Source: an uncultured Clostridia bacterium
GTDB lineage: Bacteria; Bacillota; Clostridia; Oscillospirales; Oscillospiraceae
Direction of reading: 5' to 3'
Assembly (NCBI GenBank): GCA_945915065.1
Contig: CAMEER010000004.1
Location: 5,360-69,359 of the forward strand
Length of the DNA: 64,000 nt
Part shown: positions 18,750 to 28,560 of the stretch, piece by piece
Position numbering within the stretch: position 1 is the first letter of the stretch
How the letters are laid out: every line of letters begins with the position of its first letter
Notes under the pieces: model-generated
Databases searched by the model: none
Seen by the model: only the letters and a program-made list of their open reading frames with translations
What the model was told of the DNA's origin: nothing
Program-made: the position numbers and the translations under genes

Positions 18750-19706
18750 TTATCCAAAGTATTTTTCCCGGAAGGGGATGTGCTCCACCTGAAAGGCACG
18801 CCCCTTCAGATAGTTCAGCAGTCCCGCGTCGGTGGGAAAGTCGAAGGTCAGCTTGTAGGAATACAGCGCCTGACGGGTCTCTCCGTAGCGGCGGTTCACA
18901 TCACCCCGGCCGTACTTGCCGTCCCCCAGCAGAGGACAGCCCATGTGGGCAAAGGTGGCACGGATCTGATGGGTGCGGCCGGTTTCCAGCCCCACCTCCA
19001 CCAGAGAAAGCTCACCCCGGCGTTCCAGCGTCTCATAGGTGGTGATGGCGGTTTTGCCGCCGGGAACAGGCTGATCCCGCACGGAGACCTCCTTTTTTTT
19101 CTCGTCTTTCACCAGAAAGACCTGAACCCGTCCTTTGGGAGGTTTGGGGGCGCCCACGGTGATGCACAGATACCGCTTGTCGATCTCTCGATCACGGATC
19201 TTCTCGTTGATGATCCGCAGCGTCTCGGCGTTCTTGGCGGCAATGACGATGCCGCCGGTGTTGCGGTCAATACGGTTGCACAGGGCGGGGGTAAAGGCGT
19301 TTTCCCACTTGGGATTCCACTCACGCTTCTGGTACAGGTATGCCTGAATGTGGTTGATGAGGGTATTGACCTTTTCCGTCTCATCGGCGTGTACCACCAG
19401 TCCCGGCCGCTTGTCCAGCAGCAGCAGGTTTTCGTCCTCATACACGATGGTGAGACTGGGCTTGAACAGTGTCAGAAACAGGTTGTCCTCACGGGGTTTG
19501 TCGAAGAACTCGTCGTTGATGTATAACTGCAGCACGTCGCCCTCCCGGAGCCGCTGGTCCCGCTGCGCCCGGATACCATTGCATTTGATGCGCTTGAGGC
19601 GGATATATTTTTGCAGCAGCGCCGAGGGCAACAGCGGCAGGGATTTTGCCACAAAACGGTCCAGCCGCTGCCCGGCGTCATTTTTTCCGATGGTCAGTTC
19701 CCGCAT
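18750..19706 (-). CDS. RluA-family pseudouridine synthase (S4 domain, RluC-like)
   Basis: GQRLDRF S4 domain, NRIDRNTGG catalytic Asp, TGRTHQIR, GDGKYG. Confidence 0.93.
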   Translation of the reverse strand: MRELTIGKNDAGQRLDRFVAKSLPLLPSALLQKYIRLKRIKCNGIRAQRDQRLREGDVLQLYINDEFFDKPREDNLFLTLFKPSLTIVYEDENLLLLDKRPGLVVHADETEKVNTLINHIQAYLYQKREWNPKWENAFTPALCNRIDRNTGGIVIAAKNAETLRIINEKIRDREIDKRYLCITVGAPKPPKGRVQVFLVKDEKKKEVSVRDQPVPGGKTAITTYETLERRGELSLVEVGLETGRTHQIRATFAHMGCPLLGDGKYGRGDVNRRYGETRQALYSYKLTFDFPTDAGLLNYLKGRAFQVEHIPFREKYFG

Positions 19707-19880
19707 GGACGCACCTCCCGGAGAAGAAATTTACCTTATTTTACCCAAGGGCGGCGGAATTGTCAAAGGGTATTCACTGCCGGGGGAAAAATGCGAAAAA
19801 AGCGGAATATTTTGCAAAAAAGGTTTGACAACATACAGTTTTCACGCTATAATACTATCCGTGTCATTGCGAGGTGTACT

Positions 19881-20378
19881 ATGCTTTTGAATGTAAACAA
19901 GCTGCTGCATACGCCGGATGCGGCGCAGGATTTTTCTTTTGAGATGGATCTGAGCGACCTTGAATTTGGCGGCAGCTACCCCGTGTCCCAGCCGGTCACT
20001 GTGGAAGGCCGGATCAGGAACAAGGCCGGCGTCCTGCTGTGTACGCTCGAAGCGAGTACGACGCTCCACTGTATCTGCGACCGCTGCGCGGAACCCTTCA
20101 CGGAGGATAAGACTGTTGCTTACCAGTGTGTACTGGCGGAGGAACGGCAGTCCGACGATGATGAGGAGATCGTGCTGCTGGAGGACGATCAGGTGGACTT
20201 GGGCGAAGTGGCTCGCACTGCGTTTATCCTTGAAATGGACACCAAGACCCTCTGTTCTCCCGACTGTAAGGGGCTGTGCCCCGGCTGCGGTGTTAACCTG
20301 AACCATGAGGTATGCCGCTGCAGGAAAGCGGTGGATCCGCGTCTTGCGAAGCTGGCACAGCTGCTGGAGGATCGGTAA
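19881..20378 (+). CDS. yceD: DUF177/YceD family protein
   Basis: CDRC, LCSPDCKGLCPGCG, DPRLAKL; directly upstream of rpmF. Confidence 0.9.
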   Translation: MLLNVNKLLHTPDAAQDFSFEMDLSDLEFGGSYPVSQPVTVEGRIRNKAGVLLCTLEASTTLHCICDRCAEPFTEDKTVAYQCVLAEERQSDDDEEIVLLEDDQVDLGEVARTAFILEMDTKTLCSPDCKGLCPGCGVNLNHEVCRCRKAVDPRLAKLAQLLEDR

Positions 20379-20438
20379 GACAGAGCTGAACTATTATACT
20401 ACTGCTCAAGGCAGTTAAAAGACCAAGGAGGTGTCAAC

Positions 20439-20636
20439 ATGGCAGTCCCTAAGGGAAAAGTATCGAAACAAAGACGCAATAAGAGACGCAGCTCCGTGTG
20501 GAAGCTGGCGACTCCCGGTCTGGTGGCATGCCCCAAGTGTGGTGCGCTGCATCTGCCTCACAGAATGTGCCCGGAATGCGGTACCTACAATGGCCGTCAG
20601 GTCAAGGAGATCAAGTCCGTGGCCGCTGGCAAGTAA
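20439..20636 (+). CDS. rpmF: 50S ribosomal protein L32
   Basis: MAVPKGKVSKQRRNKRR, CPKC...CPECG zinc ribbon. Confidence 0.97.
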   Translation: MAVPKGKVSKQRRNKRRSSVWKLATPGLVACPKCGALHLPHRMCPECGTYNGRQVKEIKSVAAGK

Positions 20637-20894
20637 TCCGTGTGTCCTTGTTAGGAGGGAAGAAATTCTTCCCTCCTTACTTTTTTGCCCATGGCAAGAT
20701 GAAGCAATCAGACGGTCATAACATTTTTTCATGATGCGCATCGAAATGATGCGTTTTACTTTCCAACATATTCCGGGTATACTGTCAAAAGACGGTATAT
20801 TTTTATGTTTATATCTTGCACATAGGGAGAAAAATGGCTATAATAGTATGGTTATCATGCCGACATATGCCGTTTTACAGGAGAGAACATCAGT

Positions 20895-22196
20895 ATGAGC
20901 ACCGTTATCACATCCATCGATCCCCATTCCCCGGCGGAAAAGGCCGGGATCACCGCAGGCGAGCAGCTGCTGGAGATCAACGGCCACAAGATCGTGGACG
21001 TGTTGGACTACCGGTTTTACGGCTACGATCCGGAGACGGTGCTGCGCCTTGCGCGGGACGGTCACGTCCGCACAGTCACCATCCGCAAGGCGGAGGGGCA
21101 GGATCTGGGTCTGAATTTCCCCACTTACCTGATGGACGAGATGCACCGGTGCGCCAACCACTGTTTGTTCTGCTTCGTGGATCAGATGCCGCCCAATATG
21201 CGGCCGTCCCTGTATATCAAGGACGATGACGAGCGGCTCAGCTTTCTGTTGGGCAACTATACCACGCTGACCAATCTCTCGGAACGGGAGGCTCAGCGGA
21301 TCATCGACCTGCACATCAGCCCCATCAATGTATCCGTTCACGCCACGGATCCCCAGCTGCACTGTACGCTGCTGGGCAACAAGGACGCGGAGCGGTCACT
21401 GGAGTATATCAAGGCCTTCTGCAAGGCGGGCATCGTCATGAACGGACAGATCGTGGTGTGCCCCGGCTGGAACGACGGCGACGCGCTGCGGCGTACCCTG
21501 CGGGACCTGACGGACTGGCAGTTTTCCAGCTGCTCTCTGGTGCCGGTGGGCATCACCAAGTACCGCAAGGGCCTTGCCAGGCTGCGGCCGGTGGACCGGG
21601 ACTGCGCCCGGGAGATCATCGCCATTGCGGAGGAATTCGGGCAGGAGAATTTGACCCGCTTCGGTACCCGGCGGTTCTTCTGCGCCGACGAGCTGTTCCT
21701 GCGGGCGGGACTGCCCCTGCCGGAGGAGGACTACTACGAGGGCTATCGCCAGCTGGAAAACGGCGTGGGGATGCTGCGTTCGCTGGAGCAGGAGTTTCTG
21801 TCCGCCATGAAAATGGAGGAGCCGGACGCTGCGTCCAGCCCCTTTACCATTGCCACCGGCGTGGCCGCCGCGCCCTTTATGCAGACGCTGATGGACAAGG
21901 CAAAGGCCTACTTCCCACGGCTGGACGCGGAGGTGATCGCCGTGGAGAACGACTTTTTCGGCCATACCATCGACGTGACCGGTCTGCTGACGGGGCAGGA
22001 TATTGCCGCCCAGCTGCAGGGCCGGGTGGCCGGACGGCGGGTATTGCTGACGGTGCATATGCTGCGCCACGGCGAGACCGTTTTTTTGGATGACTATACG
22101 GTGGAGCGGCTGTCGCACGAATTGGGCAGCCCTGTCCGGATCGTGGGCACCGACGGCGGTGACCTGCTGGACGCCATTTTGGAAACGGAGGGATAA
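20895..22196 (+). CDS. DUF512 radical SAM protein with N-terminal PDZ domain
   Basis: CANHCLFC (CxxxCxxC), KDDDERLS, QLENGVG; adjacent to der. Confidence 0.9.
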   Translation: MSTVITSIDPHSPAEKAGITAGEQLLEINGHKIVDVLDYRFYGYDPETVLRLARDGHVRTVTIRKAEGQDLGLNFPTYLMDEMHRCANHCLFCFVDQMPPNMRPSLYIKDDDERLSFLLGNYTTLTNLSEREAQRIIDLHISPINVSVHATDPQLHCTLLGNKDAERSLEYIKAFCKAGIVMNGQIVVCPGWNDGDALRRTLRDLTDWQFSSCSLVPVGITKYRKGLARLRPVDRDCAREIIAIAEEFGQENLTRFGTRRFFCADELFLRAGLPLPEEDYYEGYRQLENGVGMLRSLEQEFLSAMKMEEPDAASSPFTIATGVAAAPFMQTLMDKAKAYFPRLDAEVIAVENDFFGHTIDVTGLLTGQDIAAQLQGRVAGRRVLLTVHMLRHGETVFLDDYTVERLSHELGSPVRIVGTDGGDLLDAILETEG

Positions 22197-22198
22197 AC

Positions 22199-23527
22199 AT
22201 GGCGAAACCTTTGATCGCGATTGTGGGACGGCCCAATGTGGGGAAGTCCATGCTGTTCAATAAGCTGATCGGCAGACGCCTGAGCATTGTGGAGGATACG
22301 CCGGGCGTGACCCGTGACCGCATATACGGCGAAAGCGAGTGGCTGGGCCGCAAGTTCCGTCTGGTAGACACCGGCGGTATTGAGCCCAGCACCGATAATC
22401 AGATCCTGTCCTTCATGCGGGAGCAGGCGCAGATCGCCATTGACAACGCCACGGTGATCATTTTTGTCACCGATATCAAGACCGGCATGACCGCCGCCGA
22501 CCAGGAGGTGGCGGGTATGCTTCAGCGCAGCAAAAAGCCCATCGTGCTGGCGGTCAACAAGATGGACGCCACCGGCACAGTGGATCCGGATTTCTACGAG
22601 TTCTATAATCTGGGCCTCGGCGACCCGGTGGCTGTCTCCGCCGTGCACGGCCACGGCACCGGCGATCTGCTGGACGAGTGTTTGAAATATTTCCCACCGG
22701 AGGAGGACGAGGACGAGGAGTCCGACGTAATCCAGGTGGCCATCATCGGCAAGCCCAACGTGGGAAAATCCAGCCTGACCAACCGTATTCTGGGTGAGCA
22801 GCGTGTCATTGTCAGCAACGTGGCCGGCACCACCCGGGATGCCATCGACAGCTATTTTGAGAACGCCCAGGGGAAGTATAACTTCATCGATACCGCCGGT
22901 ATGCGGAAAAAGTCCAAGGTGGACGACAATATCGAGAGATACAGCGTTCTGCGGGCCACCATGGCCATTGAGCGCAGCGATGTGTGTCTCATTATGATCG
23001 ACGCCAACGACGGCGTTACCGAGCAGGACACCAAGGTGGCGGGTCTGGCCCATGAGGCGGGAAAGGCCTGCATCATCGTGGTGAACAAGTGGGACACGGT
23101 GGAGAAGGACGACAAGACCATGGACTGCATGCGGGAGGATATCCGCAGGGATCTCAGCTTTATGACCTACGCTCCCATTGTGTTTATCTCCGCCCTGACA
23201 GGACAGCGGGTGAGCCGGTTGTTTGAGCTGATCAACTATGTCAATGACCAGGCCTCCATGCGTATCACCACCGGTATGCTCAACAGCGTTCTGGCGGACG
23301 CTCAGACCCGTGTGCAGCCGCCCACGGACAAGGGCCGCCGGCTGAAAATCTACTATATGACCCAGGTGGGCATCAAACCGCCCCACTTTGTGGTGTTCTG
23401 TAACGACAAGAAACTGTTCCACTTCTCCTACCGCCGGTATCTGGAGAACCAGATCCGCGGCGTGTTCGGTTTGGAGGGAACGCCCATTATCATGACCATC
23501 CGGCAGAAAGGGGAGGACGACGGCTGA
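22199..23527 (+). CDS. der: Ribosome biogenesis GTPase Der
   Basis: Tandem G domains GRPNVGKS and GKPNVGKS. Confidence 0.98.
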   Translation: MAKPLIAIVGRPNVGKSMLFNKLIGRRLSIVEDTPGVTRDRIYGESEWLGRKFRLVDTGGIEPSTDNQILSFMREQAQIAIDNATVIIFVTDIKTGMTAADQEVAGMLQRSKKPIVLAVNKMDATGTVDPDFYEFYNLGLGDPVAVSAVHGHGTGDLLDECLKYFPPEEDEDEESDVIQVAIIGKPNVGKSSLTNRILGEQRVIVSNVAGTTRDAIDSYFENAQGKYNFIDTAGMRKKSKVDDNIERYSVLRATMAIERSDVCLIMIDANDGVTEQDTKVAGLAHEAGKACIIVVNKWDTVEKDDKTMDCMREDIRRDLSFMTYAPIVFISALTGQRVSRLFELINYVNDQASMRITTGMLNSVLADAQTRVQPPTDKGRRLKIYYMTQVGIKPPHFVVFCNDKKLFHFSYRRYLENQIRGVFGLEGTPIIMTIRQKGEDDG

Positions 23528-24162
23528 TGAGCATTGTATTCTGTGTAGCGCTGACGCTGTTGGTATCGTATTTGCTGGGCTGCTTTAATGGCGCGGTAAT
23601 GACCTCGCATTTCGTGATCAAGGACGACGTGCGTAAGCATGGCAGCGGCAACGCCGGACTGACCAATTTCTACCGCACTTACGGCGCTAAGTACGCGCTG
23701 GGAGTGATTGTCTGCGACATGGGCAAGACGCTGGTGGCCTGTCTCATCGGCGGCTATCTGTTCTGGTTTATGGCCCGGGACTGGACCTTGGGCGTACTGC
23801 TGGCAGGCATCGGCTGCGAGCTGGGGCATATGTTCCCCGCCTTCTATGGCTTCAAGGGCGGCAAGGGCATCCTGTGCGGCGGTACGCTGGCCCTTCTGCT
23901 GGACTGGCGGGTGGCGCTGGTGGCATGGGGCCTGTTTGCGGCGCTGTGGCTGCTGAGCCGGTATGTTTCTCTCGGTTCTCTTGCCGCGGCGGCCAGCCTG
24001 CCCTTTTCCACTTTCTTTGTGTTTGACCACAACTGGCTGTACACCGCACTGGCGCTGGTGGTGTCGGTGCTGGTGATCTGGTGCCACCGGGAAAACATCG
24101 TCCGGCTGGTACAGGGCCGGGAGAACAAGTTCCGCTGGCATTCCGGCCCGCCGAAAGAGTAA
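23527..24162 (+). CDS. plsY: Glycerol-3-phosphate acyltransferase
   Basis: GSGNAGLTN, GHMFP..GFKGGKG, HRENIVRL. Confidence 0.95.
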   Translation: MSIVFCVALTLLVSYLLGCFNGAVMTSHFVIKDDVRKHGSGNAGLTNFYRTYGAKYALGVIVCDMGKTLVACLIGGYLFWFMARDWTLGVLLAGIGCELGHMFPAFYGFKGGKGILCGGTLALLLDWRVALVAWGLFAALWLLSRYVSLGSLAAAASLPFSTFFVFDHNWLYTALALVVSVLVIWCHRENIVRLVQGRENKFRWHSGPPKE

Positions 24163-24198
24163 TTTCCCTATACCGCAGAGAGAAAGGACCAAATCACA

Positions 24199-25164
24199 AT
24201 GAAACACAATCAAGTTCGCCAGGTGGTGTTTCCCATTCTGGCTGCCCTGATCTGGGGCACGGCTTTTGTGGCGCAGGATATGTGCGCCGACGTCATCGAC
24301 ACATTCAGCTTCAACGCTGTTCGTTCCTATATCGCCGTAGTAGTGCTGCTGGTCATCATTTTTATCTCCGGCAAGCTGAACAAGGATAAGCCCCAGCTTT
24401 CCGAAGCGGAAAAGAAACGGGGACGCAGAGACCTGATCGTGGGCGGTGTGTGCTGCGGCACGGCGCTGGCAGTGGCTTCCAACTTCCAGCAGGCGGGCAT
24501 TACGGCCGGTACCGACGCCGGGAAGGCCGGATTCATCACGGCGCTGTATGTGGTGCTGGTGCCGGTGTTCGGACTGTTCTTCAAGCGGAAGGTGAATCTG
24601 CCCACCTGGATCGCTGTGGTGCTGTCGGTGATCGCACTGTATCTGCTGTGCATCAAGGGCGACTTTTCCCTGGCGCCCGGCGACCTGCTGATCCTGGTGT
24701 GCGCCGTGTGCTTCGCCATACATATTCTGGTCATCGACCACTTTACCGCCACGGTGGACGGCCTTAAGCTCTCCTGCGTTCAGTTTCTGGTGGCGGCCGT
24801 GTGGGCGACCCTTGCCAAGGTGGTCTGCGCCATTCTCGGCGTCAACGGCATCGGTGACGTTTCCGTCGCCACCTCCATTTTTGCCGTGCCGGACTGGCAG
24901 GGCATCCTGTCCTGTTTCCTGCCGATCCTGTATGTAGGTGTGTTCTCCTCCGGCGTGGCCTATACGCTGCAGATTTTGGCACAGAAGGATTCCAACCCCA
25001 CGGTGGTCACCATCCTTCTCAGCCTCGAGAGCGTGTTTGCCGTTATCTCCGGCGCTATCATTCTGCACCAGCAGATGACGGCCCGGGAGTACATCGGCTG
25101 CGTCATCATGTTTGCCGCTGTGATTCTGGCGCAGATCCCGAATCCGTTTGAGAAGAAAGCGTAA
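24199..25164 (+). CDS. DMT/EamA family transporter
   Basis: IWGTAFVAQ, KAGFITALY, LLSLESVF. Confidence 0.9.
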   Translation: MKHNQVRQVVFPILAALIWGTAFVAQDMCADVIDTFSFNAVRSYIAVVVLLVIIFISGKLNKDKPQLSEAEKKRGRRDLIVGGVCCGTALAVASNFQQAGITAGTDAGKAGFITALYVVLVPVFGLFFKRKVNLPTWIAVVLSVIALYLLCIKGDFSLAPGDLLILVCAVCFAIHILVIDHFTATVDGLKLSCVQFLVAAVWATLAKVVCAILGVNGIGDVSVATSIFAVPDWQGILSCFLPILYVGVFSSGVAYTLQILAQKDSNPTVVTILLSLESVFAVISGAIILHQQMTAREYIGCVIMFAAVILAQIPNPFEKKA

Positions 25165-25171
25165 AAGACTG

Positions 25172-25205
25172 ACACCCCCTCCGTCTGAAAAGACAGAGGG
25201 GGTGT
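25172..25205. terminator. Terminator hairpin at the boundary of the AT-rich cassette
   Basis: ACACCCCCTCCGTCT-GAAA-AGACAGAGGGGGTGT. Confidence 0.75.
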
Positions 25206-25223
25206 GTGTTATTTTTGCGTGTT

Positions 25224-25484
25224 TCAATCATGCTGTGAAGAAAAAAGGGATTTCATTTTTCTGTAGAGAGAAAAAGAAAAAATGACAAGCAGTACGGAAA
25301 AAGCCCCTATTAAAGGGCCAATCCTGTGTTCCAACATATAAAGGTCATACAAATAATTATCGCTATTTGCAGGAACAAGAAGGGGTAAAGAGATTTTGAC
25401 AACAGCAAGAATGACAAGGATCACGGACAATGTCACATTACGCTTTGCCATATTTAAAAGCTTTAAGTTTTGTGATGTATCCAT
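25224..25484 (-). CDS. Small two-TM membrane protein of unknown function
   Basis: 86 aa, two hydrophobic helices, basic C-tail; AGGAG RBS overlaps the upstream stop; AT-rich. Confidence 0.65.
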   Translation of the reverse strand: MDTSQNLKLLNMAKRNVTLSVILVILAVVKISLPLLVPANSDNYLYDLYMLEHRIGPLIGAFSVLLVIFSFSLYRKMKSLFSSQHD

Positions 25485-25495
25485 CGTTTACACTC

Positions 25496-26054
25496 CTAAA
25501 AGAAATAGTTGCGGTAATAGTAGGTACAAGGAATCCCTTCGGAATAATCGGGATCGCTCTTATCTGGACATTCCTCGCAAGAGAAGAACAAAGCTTCGCA
25601 TCTATAAAGGCGGTCTAAAGAATACGAATCTTCATGTTCGTAGTATTCGACACAGTACGAGAGGTATGCACCGCTATATAGCGGATGCTCGACGGCGCTT
25701 TCAATCAAATCGCTGAGAGGATTGAGAAGGATGGCATTCCTTATTGCTATTGGGATCGTTGGGTTAGTCGCAAAAAGGACTGCACCAACAACGGCACAAA
25801 GCGCGGTGGCAGTATAAGACGCAAGGTTTCGAGGAAGAGTCATATTGTGAATTTCATAATCATCGGAAATCGAATAGATTTCGAATAGCTTAATATCCCA
25901 TCCAACTTCGGCAAAAGCAATGGTATCTGCTTCGTATTGCTGTGCTTGTGCAGATGTCATAATGTGTTGAGGTGAGACTGTGGCAAACGCAGGGACATTA
26001 AGGGACAGGCACATCGCAAGTGCCAAGAGAAGGGAAAGCAATTTCTTTTTTCAT
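25496..26054 (-). pseudogene. Secreted protein gene with a one-base frameshift in the N-terminal A-tract
   Basis: AAGGAGG plus ATG 26054 gives only 18 aa; removing one A from ATGAAAAAAG restores MKKKLLSLLLALAMCLSLNVPAFA in frame with ORF 25496-26041. Confidence 0.75.
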
Positions 26055-26068
26055 AATTTTCCTCCTTT

Positions 26069-26115
26069 TGTCATTGTGTGGTGTGTCGTTCATCCTTTCA
26101 TCTATGTAAAACCGC
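26069..26115 (-). repeat. 47-bp dispersed element, copy 1
   Basis: GCGGTTTTACATAGATGAAAGGATGAACGACACACCACACAATGACA; 41/47 ungapped identity with 37365-37411. Confidence 0.9.
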
Positions 26116-26257
26116 TAAAAGCGAGCGGCATATACTGCAATGCACTTGTTAGTAATAAGTATATAAAATCCTGGGGGTCATGTCAACCAACGCATTGACA
26201 GATATGCTCAGACAGCGTACAATTAAAGTGCAAATAAATTATGGGAGGGTTCCTGTC

Positions 26258-26635
26258 ATGAAGGAAAAATTCTATATTTGCCGCCACTGCGGCAACCTGA
26301 TCGGCATGATCAATGATTCCGGTGTTCCCGTCATCTGCTGTGGTCAGAAGATGGATGCCCTGGTCCCCAACACGGTGGAGGCCGGCGGCGAGAAGCATCT
26401 GCCTGTTGTCACTGTTGAAGACGGTGCCGTCCATGTCAACGTGGGCAGCGTGGATCATCCCATGATCCCCGAACACTACATCGAGTGGGTCTACGTTCAG
26501 ACCGAAAATGGCGGTCAGCGCAAGGCCCTGAAGCCCGGCGATGCGCCCAACGTTTCCTTCTGTCTCGGTGATGATAAGGCTGTTGCTGTTTACGCCTACT
26601 GCAATCTCCACGGCCTGTGGATGACGGAAGTGTAA
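26258..26635 (+). CDS. Desulfoferrodoxin / superoxide reductase
   Basis: CRHCGN...CCG, EKHLP, HPM..EHYIEW, YCNLHGLW. Confidence 0.96.
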   Translation: MKEKFYICRHCGNLIGMINDSGVPVICCGQKMDALVPNTVEAGGEKHLPVVTVEDGAVHVNVGSVDHPMIPEHYIEWVYVQTENGGQRKALKPGDAPNVSFCLGDDKAVAVYAYCNLHGLWMTEV

Positions 26636-26697
26636 GTACACGATCACATCGCCTGCCGGTCAACACCGACAGGCGATGCTTTTTGAGGAGGGATATC

Positions 26698-27957
26698 ATG
26701 AATATCACAACGCAGACCTATCAGGAGCTGATCAGCCAGTCGGAAAAGCCTGTGCTGGTGGAGTTCACTGCCCCCTGGTGCAGTTACTGCCGTCGGCTGG
26801 CCCCCGCCCTGGAGCAGGTGGCCCGGGAGCACCAGGAGGATCTTCTCGTCTGCCAGATTGACTATGACTCCCAGCCGGAGCTTGTTGAACGTGAGCAGAT
26901 CGAACTGATCCCCACTCTGCTGCTCTACCAAGGCGGGCAACTGCTTGGTTCCATCGTTGCTCCGGAGTCCAAGGCCCAGCTGGAAGACTTCCTGGCTGAG
27001 AGCTTGAGCAAGCCGGAGGAAAAAACGGAGACAGCTCGACATGTCTACGACATGCTGGTCATCGGCGGCGGCCCCGGCGGATATGCCGCGGCTCTGTATG
27101 CCGCAAGAGCCGGACTGGACACCGTTGTTCTTGAGAAGCTGTCGGCTGGCGGGCAGATGGCCCTTACCGAGCAAATCGACAACTATCCCGGCTTTGAAAA
27201 CGGCATCGACGGCTTCTCCTTGGGAGAAAAGATGCGAAAGGGCACGGAGCGCTTCGGCGTGGAGACCCGGCTGACAGAGGTGCTGTCTCTGGATCTCTCT
27301 GGTGAGATCAAGAAAGCGGAAACCAGTGAAGGCACCGTGTATGGCCGTACAGTCGTTCTGGCCACTGGTGCCAACCCCAGAAATCTGGGCGTGGAGGGGG
27401 AACAGGAGCTCATCGGTCGGGGCGTCAACTACTGCGCCGCCTGCGACGGGATGTTCTACAAGGGCAAGACCGTTGTGTTGGTGGGCGGTGGAAACAGTGC
27501 GGCAGCCGAGGCGCTGATCCTGGCCCGAGTATGCGAAAAGGTGATCTTGGTCCACCGCAGAGACACCCTACGAGCCACAAAAATCTACCATGAGCCGCTG
27601 ATGAATACGGAGAATGTGGAGTTCCGGTGGAACAGCACGGTTGCGGAGTTGCTCCACGGCGATCGAATCACCGGCGTCCGCCTGCGGGACGTACAGACCG
27701 GCGAGGAGAGCGAGATTGCCTGCGACGGCGTATTTGTCAGCGTGGGCCGCATTCCCGCCACAGAACTGGTCAAGAACCAGGTGGAGCTGGACGACACCGG
27801 CTATGTGGTGGCCGATGAGTCCACCCGCACCAATATCCCCGGCGTGTTTGCTGTAGGAGATGTGCGGACCAAGGCGCTGCGGCAGGTGGTGACCGCCGTG
27901 GCCGACGGTGCCGTAGCCGTCCATTATGCGGAGGAATATCTGACAGGAAGCGTATGA
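26698..27957 (+). CDS. trxB: Thioredoxin-thioredoxin reductase fusion
   Basis: N-terminal Trx (APWCSYC, IPT) in frame with TrxR (GGGPGG, CAACDG, GGGNSA, GVFAVGDV). Confidence 0.9.
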   Translation: MNITTQTYQELISQSEKPVLVEFTAPWCSYCRRLAPALEQVAREHQEDLLVCQIDYDSQPELVEREQIELIPTLLLYQGGQLLGSIVAPESKAQLEDFLAESLSKPEEKTETARHVYDMLVIGGGPGGYAAALYAARAGLDTVVLEKLSAGGQMALTEQIDNYPGFENGIDGFSLGEKMRKGTERFGVETRLTEVLSLDLSGEIKKAETSEGTVYGRTVVLATGANPRNLGVEGEQELIGRGVNYCAACDGMFYKGKTVVLVGGGNSAAAEALILARVCEKVILVHRRDTLRATKIYHEPLMNTENVEFRWNSTVAELLHGDRITGVRLRDVQTGEESEIACDGVFVSVGRIPATELVKNQVELDDTGYVVADESTRTNIPGVFAVGDVRTKALRQVVTAVADGAVAVHYAEEYLTGSV

Positions 27958-27958
27958 C

Positions 27959-28399
27959 ATGAAAGAAAAAGCGAAAAAGTGGATGAGACCTGCACTGTTT
28001 ACGATTGGCGGTGCAATGGCCGGGCTTGCGTATTATTACTTCATCGGCAAGCCCATCGTCTTGAACTTTTGGGCAAGCTGGTGCGGCCCCTGCCAGATGG
28101 AGATGCTGGATTTCCACGAGAAATATCTGCAGCTTGGCGAGAAGGTCAATTTCCTGATGATAAACATGACCACCGGACGGGAAACGCAGGAAAGCGCGAT
28201 TGCTTTTATTGAGAAGAATGATTACTCCTTCCCGATTTTTTATGATACGCAGTCCGGTGCGGCAATAACCTACGGTGCATACTCACTGCCGACCACGTAC
28301 TTCATCGATGCCGAAGGCTATGCTATCGCACAGGCAACCGGAGCTATTGATGCAGAAACACTGCAGCGCGGGATCGATATGATCTTGCCGCAGAAATGA
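27959..28399 (+). CDS. TlpA-like disulfide reductase, probably chimeric
   Basis: LNFWASWCGPC, LPTTYFID; N-terminal TM joined directly to the thioredoxin fold with no APDF segment. Confidence 0.75.
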   Translation: MKEKAKKWMRPALFTIGGAMAGLAYYYFIGKPIVLNFWASWCGPCQMEMLDFHEKYLQLGEKVNFLMINMTTGRETQESAIAFIEKNDYSFPIFYDTQSGAAITYGAYSLPTTYFIDAEGYAIAQATGAIDAETLQRGIDMILPQK

Positions 28400-28516
28400 T
28401 TTGTCGTTGCGATGCCAATCAAAGATAAGGTCGAAAGGCACGTCATCATGATTTGATCTTCGGGCTTTACTGTACGCCACTGTGGAGTAAATATTTGGGT
28501 TGCTGAAATCAACAGA

Positions 28517-28560
28517 AATACTCGGGGTCTGTTCTCTCGAACCGACCCCGAGTACTTTTT
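28517..28560 (+). terminator. Intrinsic terminator
   Basis: TACTCGGGGTC...GACCCCGAGTA plus T-tract. Confidence 0.75.

Noticed and set aside
19881-24162. DUF512 radical SAM gene linked to der-plsY
   Set aside because: Commonly observed conserved neighbourhood; nothing locus-specific.
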